Shown one piece after another: positions 19,618-28,809 of a stretch of DNA of 64,000 bases (position 1 is its first letter; the number at the start of each line of letters is the position of its first letter). Both the position numbers and the translations under genes were made by a program. The DNA comes from an uncultured Solirubrobacteraceae bacterium (GTDB taxonomy: Bacteria > Actinomycetota > Thermoleophilia > Solirubrobacterales > Solirubrobacteraceae), in NCBI GenBank assembly GCA_963752015.1, contig CAVVWS010000001.1, positions 628,382-692,381 on the forward strand, given 5' to 3'. The notes below the pieces were generated by a model. That model made no database searches. It was not told the origin of the DNA and saw only the letters and a program-made list of their open reading frames with translations.

Positions 19618-20082
19618 ACATGGACCGCAACACCGTGTCGCGTTCCCTGGCGAGCAGCAGCCAGCCTCGTGGCGAATCTCGTCGCTGATTGGGACGAGCA
19701 GGAGGCGTCTCGCGTGGAGCGCATCGCGCTTCTGCAATCGCGTGGTTGCGATAGCCGCGGCCGGCTACTCCTTCGCCGTGATTGCGATGGCCGGCGGCGT
19801 GGTCGTCGCTTGGGCGTCAAATGAGTGGATGGGGCTGGCTGCGGCCGTGAAGGCATTTCGCAGCGCGGTCTGTCGTCGCTTGATACGACGGCCATCCGTG
19901 CAGGCGCTTGGTGGCGCCGCGCCGAAGCCGTCGAGTAACCAGTGCTCGCAGAGCCCGCCCCGCGTTCGGGTTCCGATCGGTCGGGCGAGGGGTTCCGCAG
20001 CGACGCGACCTTGTACAGAGCGCCGTCGAGCGCTTGTACCCCACACGTTGAGATCGTGCTGCCCAGCGCTCTACGCTGCGTG

Positions 20083-20499
20083 CTAGTCAGGAATCCCGTG
20101 GACGTGACGGAGCGTCGATGCGTCGGTCAGGTGCCCATGGACCTCGCTGAGCGCACCGTCGGTGATCACGCCGATCATCGTCGAACGCGTGATGACCGCG
20201 CCGCCGGCGAGGAGCTCGCAACTCACCACGACGCGCCTGGGGTCGAGTTCCTGAACGTCGAGGATTCGGACCTCATGCTGCAGGCCGCCGCGGTTCAACT
20301 CGTCGATCCACGCGCGAAGACCGTCGTGGCCGCGGTATGCGCGGCGGGTTCCGCCGGCTCCGGTCGGATGGAACTCGATTTGCGGGTGAGAGACCGCGAC
20401 GAGTCCTTCGGCATCACGACGGTTGAATGCTTCGGCGAACCGACGTCCAAGCGACTCGGCGGAGGACTCCACCACCGAAGCGTATCGCCCCAAAGGCAC
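20083..20499 (-). CDS. NTF2/SnoaL-like domain protein
   Basis: 138 aa, RRFAEAFNRRDAEGLVAVSHPQIEFHP...YRGHDGLRAWIDEL. Confidence 0.6.
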   Translation of the reverse strand: MPLGRYASVVESSAESLGRRFAEAFNRRDAEGLVAVSHPQIEFHPTGAGGTRRAYRGHDGLRAWIDELNRGGLQHEVRILDVQELDPRRVVVSCELLAGGAVITRSTMIGVITDGALSEVHGHLTDASTLRHVHGIPD

Positions 20500-20697
20500 A
20501 CGACGATCAACGCACTTGCGCCCCTTGTGAAGCGGCCGGCGCCGTGGGGCGAGCGCTCGCGGTTGTCGCAGCCGAGCTCGGCAAAGCGCCGTGCGGCGTC
20601 AGGCGATCGGTGCGACTGCCGGTCCGAGTGCGTCGGAGCGCAGCTGGAGCGCGTGCGCGATCACGGATTCGTCTTGCGCGCGCCGGTCGACCGCCGC

Positions 20698-21230
20698 TCA
20701 GGTTGCCGGGTCGGCCGGACGGTCGTCGGCGCTTGTGGGTCCCAGCACCTGGGCCGGCACGCCGGCGACCAGCGTTCCGGACGGGACGTCGCGCGTGACG
20801 ACCGCGCCGGCCGCGACCACGAAGTCCTCTCCGACCGTCCCCCCTGCAAGACCATGGCACCGGCACCGAGCCACACGTTGCGCTGGATGACGATCGGCGC
20901 TGCCACGATCTGCTTGCGCCGCTGACTCGGATCGAGCGGATGGCCGGAGGTGATCAGGCTCAGCCGAGGGCCGATGATGAACACGTTGCGGCCGACGCGA
21001 GTGCTGAGCCCATGCTCGGAGTACACCGGCGGGATCAGCGAGAACGTCGCATCGACGGCCGTACCGTCAGCTCGCCCGGCCTGGCGAATCGCATCCGGCT
21101 CTGCGAACGGGATCCGATTGAGTCGCTCTGTCAGCCCGATCGCCCTGGATCCTCCCGTAGAGCTCGCGAGACTCGGCCGCAGACGCGCGCGCGAGCCTCG
21201 CCGTCCCGCGGAGTCGGGATGCTCCTTCCA
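20698..21230 (-). pseudogene. maltose/galactoside O-acetyltransferase-like hexapeptide transferase, frame-disrupted
   Basis: ...[40 protein letters not shown] in the 20661..22190 frame. After a 1-nt shift in the C6 run 20839-20844 the expected [34 protein letters not shown]...* follows (stop 20698). The N-terminus near 21150-21230 also needs a frame change, so the 5' end is approximate. Confidence 0.65.
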
Positions 21231-21338
21231 GACGAAAGCGAGCGCAGTCGCGGGACGCGAGACCTCGGCGCGTGAGTCGTGCGGCGTGCCCAGACGCCGG
21301 GGGGCGCGGCACCGGGAACGGGATGTAGGTTCACGCGA

Positions 21339-22205
21339 ATGAGCAAGAAGATCGCGGTGACCGGCGGCAGCGGGAAGCTCGGCGCGGCGTGCATCGACGC
21401 GCTGCTCGGGGAAGGCTGGACGCCGTTCAACTTCGACCTCGCACCGCCCCGGGAGCGCAAGTGCTCGTTCACGCGACTGGACCTGACCGAGTACGGCCAG
21501 GTCGTCGAAGCGCTGTCCGGGATCGACGCGTTGCACGATGGCGTCGATGCGGTGCTGCACCTGGCGGCCATCTCCGGCCCCGCGCACGCCGGCAACGCGG
21601 AGACGTTCGTCAGCAACGTCGCCGCGACGTTCCATGTCTTCCAGGCGGCGAAGCTGCTGAAGATCCACAACGTCGTGTGGGCCTCCAGCGAGGCGCTGCT
21701 CGGGTACCCGTTCAAGCGGCCGCCCGCCTACGTGCCGCTGGACGAGGACGTGGCCAAGACGCCCGAGGTCGCCTACGCGCTCGCCAAGGACCTCGAGGAG
21801 GAGATGGCCGTCCAGTTCTGCCGCTGGGACCCCGAGCAGAAGATGATCGGCCTGCGCTTCTCCAACGTCATGGATCCGGCCGCGTACGCCGAGTTTCCGT
21901 CCTTCGAGTCCGACCCGGCGTCGCGCAAGTGGAACCTGTGGTCGTACATCGACGCCCGCGATGCCGCGCAGGCGGCGGCGAGGGCACTCGCCTACGACAA
22001 GCCGGGCTTTGAGGCGTTCGTGATCGCGGCCGACGACACCGTGATGAGCACGCCATCGGCCGAGCTGATGGCGGAGTTCTTCCCGGACGTCGAGTTTCGC
22101 GCCGAGGTGCCGGGCACGGCCGCGCTGTGCTCGCTCGAGAAGGCGCGGCGGCTGCTCGGATGGACGCCGCGCCACCACTGGCGCGATCACGTCGACGCCC
22201 CGTAG
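21339..22205 (+). CDS. NAD-dependent epimerase/dehydratase (SDR family)
   Basis: ATG 21339. MSKKIAVTGGSGKLGAACIDAL (Rossmann GxxGxxG) and YALAK (YxxxK). Confidence 0.85.
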   Translation: MSKKIAVTGGSGKLGAACIDALLGEGWTPFNFDLAPPRERKCSFTRLDLTEYGQVVEALSGIDALHDGVDAVLHLAAISGPAHAGNAETFVSNVAATFHVFQAAKLLKIHNVVWASSEALLGYPFKRPPAYVPLDEDVAKTPEVAYALAKDLEEEMAVQFCRWDPEQKMIGLRFSNVMDPAAYAEFPSFESDPASRKWNLWSYIDARDAAQAAARALAYDKPGFEAFVIAADDTVMSTPSAELMAEFFPDVEFRAEVPGTAALCSLEKARRLLGWTPRHHWRDHVDAP

Positions 22206-22249
22206 CCTCGCAACCCGCTAGAACCGCCGAACAGAAGCGGCCGGCGGTG

Positions 22250-22813
22250 TCACTCCGACTCATCGCGGGCGCGCCCGTAGCGCTCGTAGATCACGCGCGA
22301 GCCGAACGTCCTGGTCTCGACCAGGTCCAGCGCGATGCCGTCGGACACGGGTGGCAGGAACGGCGTGCCGCCGCCGACGACGACCGGATAGCGGAACATG
22401 CGCAGCTCGTCGACGAGGCCGAGCTCGACAGCCGCTGCGGCCAGGCCGGCGCCGCCGATCGCGACGTCCTTGTCAGTCGCGTCGAGCGCCGCGGCGGCCT
22501 CCTCGGCCAGTGACGCCTCGGCGAGCCGGGCGTTGCCCTGGACGCTCTCGAGCGTGCGGCTGAAGACGACCTTCGGGAGCGCGCACCAGACGTCGGCGAA
22601 CGCGGCCCCGCGCTCGTTCTCGCGCAACGACGGGTCCGTCTCCCACACCAGCATCGTCTCGTAGAGCCTGCGGCCGCAGAGATACCCGCCAAGCTCGCTT
22701 ACCAGCGCGGTGTGGAAAAGAAACAGCTCCTCGCTAGGGGCCGTCCACTCGAACGCGCCCTCGCGGTCGGCGATGAAGCCGTCCACCGAGACGCTCATCG
22801 AGTAGATCAGCAT
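22250..22813 (-). CDS. dihydrofolate reductase family protein (RibD C-terminal domain)
   Basis: 187-aa intact ORF, MLIYSMSVSVDGFIADREG...DVAIGGAGLAAAAVELGLVDELRMFRYPVVVGGGTPF. Confidence 0.8.
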   Translation of the reverse strand: MLIYSMSVSVDGFIADREGAFEWTAPSEELFLFHTALVSELGGYLCGRRLYETMLVWETDPSLRENERGAAFADVWCALPKVVFSRTLESVQGNARLAEASLAEEAAAALDATDKDVAIGGAGLAAAAVELGLVDELRMFRYPVVVGGGTPFLPPVSDGIALDLVETRTFGSRVIYERYGRARDESE

Positions 22814-22878
22814 GACTTCAGATCATCGCATCCGCGCCGCCTTCGGGCGGGCGCGCAGGATGGACGCCTGCTGCAGGC

Positions 22879-23592
22879 TCAGGGCGCTACGCGCTGGATT
22901 CTGTCCGCCGCGAGGACGATCTGGAAGCGGTCGTTCTGATGCGTCATCTCGGTCGGGATCCCGTTCGCGACGAAGAACTGCCGCACCGGCGTCCCCGTGT
23001 TGTTGAACACCACCAGGCTGAAGCTGCGGCGCGCCCCCGGGTCATTCGCCATCGCCGCCGCGAACCAGGCGTCGAAGTCGAGCGAGCTGCCGGTCGGCCC
23101 GCCGACGCGCACGGTGCACGTGGCCGGCGTCGCGCAGCCGGCGCGGTACGCCGTCCCGCTGCCGATGTCGAAGCCGTCGATCGTCACGCTCACCCGGCCG
23201 TTGTTGATGAGGTCGCTGCCCGGGCAGAGCAGGAAGTCGCACGCGGACGGGCCTGCCGGGCCCTGCTCCCCGCGATCGCCCTTGTCGCCCTTTGCGCCGG
23301 GCTCGCCCCGCTCGCCCTGCGGACCGGCCGCACCGGTCGCGCCGGCTGCGCCGGCCGCGCCGGCCGGGCCCTGCGGACCCGCCGGCAGCGCGCCGCGCGC
23401 GAAGTCCGCAGCCCGCAGGCTGCCGTTCGAGACCTTCTCCCCCGTCACCGCGTTGTCCTTGAGCTGACGCTTGCCGACGCTGTTCGCCGGCAGCGTGGCC
23501 GCGGCCCACGACACACCGCCGAGGGCGAGGAACAGCGCCAGCGACGACATCACGTTGGCGTAGCTGAGCCTACGCGTGCGGCGTGCGGGCAT
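22879..23592 (-). CDS. membrane-anchored or secreted collagen-like protein with Cys-containing C-terminal globular domain (tail-tube gp19-like?)
   Basis: ATG 23592 with GAGGAGG upstream. Anchor MPARRTRRLSYANVMSSLALFLALGGVSWA. Fourteen contiguous G-X-Y triplets (GPQGPAGAAGAAGATGAAGPQGERGEPGAKGDKGDRGEQGPAGP), then a 130-aa domain. Confidence 0.7.
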   Translation of the reverse strand: MPARRTRRLSYANVMSSLALFLALGGVSWAAATLPANSVGKRQLKDNAVTGEKVSNGSLRAADFARGALPAGPQGPAGAAGAAGATGAAGPQGERGEPGAKGDKGDRGEQGPAGPSACDFLLCPGSDLINNGRVSVTIDGFDIGSGTAYRAGCATPATCTVRVGGPTGSSLDFDAWFAAAMANDPGARRSFSLVVFNNTGTPVRQFFVANGIPTEMTHQNDRFQIVLAADRIQRVAP

Positions 23593-23670
23593 GGGGGGGT
23601 CCTCCTCGGAATCGGGAAGCGCCAACGCTATGCGCTGCGGCCCGCGCGACGCAAACGGTCCGGCGCTCTC

Positions 23671-26600
23671 TCAGCCTGTGAAGCGCGGTGGCTGTGTGGC
23701 GCAGGCGATCCGCACCCGGAGTCGCGACGTTCGCCGGCGCACGTTGTCGCCGCGGACGGTGGTGACGACGGTCCGCCGGGCGCGGACGCAGCTCGACGTT
23801 CGCCGTGATCCGCGGGTGCGGCGGGCTCCCGGCGCGAGCCGGGCGATCCGCCAGCAGGCTCGGCCGTTGCGGAGTGTCGCGCCGCCGTGGCGGGCGACGC
23901 CGAGACCGCGCGGCAGCCGCTGGCAGACCGTGAAGCCGAGCGCGGGCCGCGGGCCGCGGTTGCGCACGGTGACCGCGATCGGGAGCACCGCGCCCGCGGC
24001 GGGCGTCGTGTCGGGGACCGACACGGCGAGACTCAGCGTGGTGAGCGCTTCCTCGACGCGGATCCTCGCGCGGTCGTCGTTGTTGTCGGTCCGGCTCTCG
24101 GTTTGTGCGGCCGTCACGGTGCCCGAGAGCGTCAGCGTTCCCGGGCGCGCCGGCGTGAGCCTCACGGTGGCGGTTCGTCGCTCGCCCGGGGCGAGCGTCC
24201 CGAGGGTGCAGCCGGCGGGCGGTTGCGGGCCGCAGCCGCTCTGGCTGACGCGTGCCGTGTTCCCGCGCGCGCTGCCGCCCGCCACGCCCGTCAGGCCGAC
24301 GTTCGTCGCGGTTGCCTGGCTCACGTTGGTGACTTCGATCGTCCAGCGGGTCGATTCGCCGACGCGGTGCGTCCCCGTCGGCGCGATCACCCGCAGCGCG
24401 AGGTCCGTCTGCGGAGCCTGCCCGGCCGGCGCGGCCGGCAACGGTCCGACCGTGACCGCCGCTTCGCTTGCGTCGTTGACCGGGTCGGGATCGGCTGCGA
24501 GGGCCGTCACCGTCCCGCGGTTGGTCAGGGTCTGGCCGGCGGCCGCCGGCTCGGCGCGGGCGCGGACCTCGAAGGCGCTGCTGCTCGCCGGGCCCGAGCT
24601 CGTCGATCAGGCAGACCACCTCCTGGCCGGCGATCGTGCAGCCGGCGTCAGCGGTCACCGGGGTGAGGCCGGCGGGCAGGGTGTCGCGGACCTCGACGCC
24701 GGTCCCCGGCGCGTCGCCGTCGTTGCGCGCCACCAGCCGGAACACCGCCTCTCCGCCGACGGGCACCGTGCCGTCGCCGACGCGCGTCTTCTCGATCCCG
24801 ACGTCGACGGTGCCCGGCATGAACGAGACCAGGTCGTCGTTGTTGTCGAAGTCGGGCTCGAAGCTGAAGATCCCGGCGAACGGCACGGTGTTGCTCGACA
24901 GCGCGAGGTTGTCCACCTGGGTGTCCGGCGCTGTCGGGCGCCAGCGTGCCCTGGATCGTGATCACGCGGTCCTCGCCCGGACCGAGCTGGGGGATGTCGC
25001 AGACGACGATCGGGAGCCCCGGGTCGGCGGAGCGCCGATGCTCTCGCCGGTCGGGTCGTAGCGACAGACGCCGGTCCCGCCGGAGATCGAGATCGCCGTC
25101 GGGGGCTTCTGCAGCGCCTCCGGCGAGGACGGTCGCGCCGCCACGATAGTCCACCGTTCCGGGTCCGTCGCTGTGGACGGTCAGCGTGTAGGTGACCGGG
25201 CCGCCCGCGACCGGCTGCGCGGGCGAGAAGGTCTTCGTGATCGAGGTCTCGGCCCACGGCACCGTGGAGATCGCGGCCGACGCGCTGTTGTCGTCCGGGT
25301 TGATCTCGGTGCCGACCGGGGCCGACACGGTCGCGGTGTTGTTCAGCAGCGCGCTGCTCGGGTAGATCGTCGAAGTCCGGTCCGCGCTTGACGCCTCGTA
25401 CGTCGATCGTGACCGGCGCCTGGCCCGGCGGTGATCGTGCCGAGGTTGCAGACCGTCCCCGAGCACGAGCCCTGCGAGGGCGTGATCGACTCGAGCGATC
25501 AGGGGCGCGTCGAACGATCTCCGTGAGCTGCACGTTGGCGGCGTCGGCGACGCCGTTGTTGGTCACCTCGATGCGGTAGGTGACCGGATCGCAGGAAGAA
25601 GCAGGTAGCCGATCGGCGTGAAGTTCGGCGTGCTGGTCACGACCTTCTCGACGTGCAGGTCGATCGCCGGCTCGCTCACGGCCCCGGCGTCGGTGAAGGA
25701 GTTGTTGGCGGGGTTGCCGTCGCTCGGCGCCTGCAGCGATCGCGGTGTTGCTGAGCTGCCCGGGCTGCGCTCCCGGGCTGACGAGCACGGGGATCGAGAT
25801 CGGCGGGTAGTCGCTGCCGGCGGCGAGCGGGTCAGAGCGCGTGCACGTGATCGTCGCCCCCGCCGTCGAGCACGACCCAGCCGGCGCCGGTGACGGCGCC
25901 GTTGAGGGTCAGCCCGGGCGGCTCGATCGTGTCGGTGACGGTCACCGGCCCGGATGTCGGCCCCTCGCCGACGTTGCCGACGGTGATCGTGTACGTGCTG
26001 GGCTGCCCGGGCGAGAGCGCCGGCGCGTGCGTCTTGCCGATCGCCAGATCGGGCACGAGCACGGCGGTGGTCGCCGGAGCCGTCGCGACCGTGCTCGGGA
26101 CCCCGGTCGTCGCGGCCTGGAAGGCGAAGTCGGCGACGTTCTCGATCGTGGCGCCCGACGCCAGCCCCGCCGTGGCGACCGTGACCTCGAAGCTCACGGT
26201 CGCGCTCCCGCTCGTCGGAGCGAGCGTCCCGAGCCGCACCACCACCCGGCCGCCGGCGAACTCGCCGACGTCACCGTCGGCCGCGTCGGTCAGCGGCGTC
26301 CCGTTGAGCTCGATGCTCCCCGGGACGAACGCGGCGCCCTCCGGGATCACGTCGGTGAACGTCGTGCCGGTGGCACCGTCCGCCCCGGTGTTCTGCACGT
26401 CCACCGTGTACGTCAGCGTGTCCCCGAGGCTCGCCGTGGCGCTGTCCACGGTCTTCGTCGCGGTGATCCTGGGCGCGTACAGGTCGGTGGCGATCGTCAC
26501 CACACCCGGCTGGTAGGCGTCGCCGCTGGTCGAGAGCCTGACCTGCGTGCTCCTCTGATTGTTGCCGAGCACGCCCGTGGTGGAGAACAGGTCGGCGTCG

Positions 26601-27536
26601 TAGCCGAGGTTGTTCCGGAAGCTCGGCGTGCGCGACGTGACCAACGCGCCCGCGTTGGAGATCGTCGAGTTGAAGACGTTCGAGTTCGACGCCGAGGTCG
26701 CCGGTGGTCCCGGGTTGACGGCATTCGACAGCGCGGTGAATGCCCCCGACCCACCTTGGATCGCCGCGCCGTCACCGAGCGTCCCCAGATCCCCCTCGTA
26801 GGCCACGACCCCGACCGTCGAGGACACCGGTCCCGCCAGCGGCGTCTGGAACCCGCTCAGCGGGATCGTGACCGTGCCGCTACTGGAGACCCCCTGCATC
26901 CCGTCGAAGACCGACAGGTTGCGGCTCGGCGCAGCCGCGTCCCCGTAGGCGACCACGAGCGCCCAGCCACCAGAGCTCGAATCGCTCAACCCCGTGCCGA
27001 GCTGCACGTTCGCCGTCGTGTACGTGCCCGCCCCCGCCGCGGCGACGATCGGCGTGACGTTGACGAAGCCCTGGTACTGCGTGGAGGAGGTATCGAGCTG
27101 CGACGCCGTCAGCGAGCGATAGTCCGTATCGCCCGGCGCCTTGAAGCAGCACCGTGTTGTTCGCGCCCGGGTTCGGCGCCGGAGACCCGCCGCTGCCGGC
27201 ACCCAGGCGGCCGCCGTAGTAGAGGCCGGCGAACAGGACGCTCGCACCCGTGGGCAGCGTCAACTCCGCCGAGCTCGAATCGAACGTCGCCGGATCGCCG
27301 TCGACGTCGACCCACGTCATCGTCCGGTCGTTGTTGTTGAGCTTCTCGCCGACGCCGTTGCGGACGTTCGCGCACGCCGCCAGCGCGTCCAGGCAGGACT
27401 CGATCGAGTTCGCCGCGATCGCGATGTTCCCCTGCGTGTTCGCGCTGAAGCGCGAACTGAACGCCCGATCGGCCATTGCGGTGCCCGGCGCTGTGAGCAG
27501 CGCAGCCAGTACCACTCCGCAGACCAAGCCGCGCAC
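23671..27536 (-). pseudogene. giant DUF11-repeat surface protein (~1290 aa if restored), multiply frame-disrupted as sequenced
   Basis: Signal peptide and N-terminal domain in ORF 26880..27605 (VRGLVCGVVLAALLTAPGTAMA/DRAFSSRFSANTQGNIAIAAN). It continues in ORF 25832..27247 (TLTYTVDVQNTG, STYTITVGNVG), then in pieces of ORFs 24655..25788, 24648..25466, 23570..24916 and 23671..24510 (VTYRIEVTNNG, VTYTLTVHSDG, AVFRLVARNDG, TRWTIEVTNVS). Example join: GAGW/SCSTAGATITCTRSDPLAAGSDYPPISIPVLVSPGAQPG at CCC 25876-25878. Confidence 0.75.
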
Positions 27537-27710
27537 GACGCGATTCGTACACGGTTCTTGGAAGCACCGCAAAATGCCAAACCCGAAAGCAATGGCGGAC
27601 CACAATGCCGGTCGGCCGGGCTAGGAGAAGCCAGAAACCCGGGTCTGATGCCGTGCGTTCATCCAGTGCGGGTGATGCGGGTGATCGTCCGAAGTTCGAG
27701 AGTTCGGGCC

Positions 27711-28150
27711 ATGGCCACCGAACCTGACAGTCGTGATCGATCGATCCTGCCGCCTCCAGACCCGCCCTTCCGGGGCGAGATCAATGTGGCCTTCTCGGAC
27801 TCGACGGCGGATTTTCCCGAGCCGCTGCGAGCGCCGCAGGGCGCGCCCAATGTGCTGATCGTCGTCGGCGACGACATCGGCTACGGCCACATGGGTGCGT
27901 TCGGCGGGCCGGCGCGGACGCCGACGTTCGACCGGTTGGCCGCGCGTGGCCTGAGGTACACGAACTTTCACGTCACGGCCGTGTGCGCGGCGTCGCGGTC
28001 CTGCTTGCTGACCGGGCGCAACGCCCATTCGGTCGGCATGGGAGTGATCCCGGAGAGCTCAACCGGGTTCCCGGTGGCTATAACGCGATGATCCCGCGCA
28101 GCGCGGCGACCGTGTTCGAGGTCTTGCGCCAGAACGGGTACGGCACTGTC
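27711..28150 (+). pseudogene. arylsulfatase N-terminal fragment (truncated, one internal frame break)
   Basis: MATEPDS...APNVLIVVGDDIGYGHMGAFGGPARTPTFDRLAARGLRYTNFHVTAVCAASRSCLLTGRNAHSVGMG, then in another frame GYNAMIPRSAATVFEVLRQNGYGT. No further sulfatase sequence follows. The FGly motif is C-A-A-S-R rather than C-x-P-x-R. Confidence 0.65.
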
Positions 28151-28179
28151 GGTCAACGACAAGCAGGTGGATCGCCCCC

Positions 28180-28809
28180 ATGAGCCAGCCACGACCCACC
28201 GATCCGATCGGATCCATTGGATGGACCGAACGCACCGGGGGAGTGCTGACCGCTCGGGAATGCCTGACACTTGCCCGGCCCCTGCTGCGGGGGGAGCTCA
28301 GCATTCTTGCCGGCCGTCTCGCGATGGTGCTCCGAATGCACTCGGGACGCCGGAGTTCCGTCGATCCGGCGAGCCTGGTGCCTCCCGACTCTCCTCTCGC
28401 AAGAGATGCCGACGTCGCCGCGCAGGACCTCTTGACACCGGCACTCCTCAACCATTCCAGTCGTGCCTACACGTGGGGCGCGGCCATCGCCGCACTTCAC
28501 GGGATCACGTTCGACCGTGAGCTCCTGTACCTGGCTGCAATGTTCCACGACACCGGGATCCCGAGCCCGGTGCCCGACGTCGACTTCACGGTTCGCAGCG
28601 CCGCGTTGGCACGCGAGTTCACCGACAGCCACCACGTGCCTGCCGGTATCCGCGAGCTCGTTGCCAACGCGATCGCCATGCACTACACCCCCGGCGTTGG
28701 CCTCGAATCCGGTGCCGAGGCCTACCTCCTGTGGCTCGCCGGCGCAGCCGATCGACGCCGGTCGCCTACGCGATCAGGATGCCGTAAACGGACTTCGCCG
28801 GGATCGTGA
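28180..28809 (+). CDS. HD-domain protein, apparently 3'-truncated
   Basis: ...HSSRAYTWGAAIAALHGITFDRELLYLAAMFHDTGI...NAIAMHYTPGV. The family-like sequence ends around 28760, where the convergent hydrolase gene (stop 28766) begins. The last 15 codons overlap that gene. Confidence 0.6.
   Translation: MSQPRPTDPIGSIGWTERTGGVLTARECLTLARPLLRGELSILAGRLAMVLRMHSGRRSSVDPASLVPPDSPLARDADVAAQDLLTPALLNHSSRAYTWGAAIAALHGITFDRELLYLAAMFHDTGIPSPVPDVDFTVRSAALAREFTDSHHVPAGIRELVANAIAMHYTPGVGLESGAEAYLLWLAGAADRRRSPTRSGCRKRTSPGS

Noticed and set aside
19620-20082. Hydrophobic plus-strand ORF segment (VVAIAAAGYSFAVIAMAGGVVVAWASNEWMGLAAAV) and an imperfect hairpin at about 20011-20040
   Set aside because: Poor third-position GC, no start or RBS support, and a mismatched hairpin without a U-tract. 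Insufficient evidence for a gene or a terminator.
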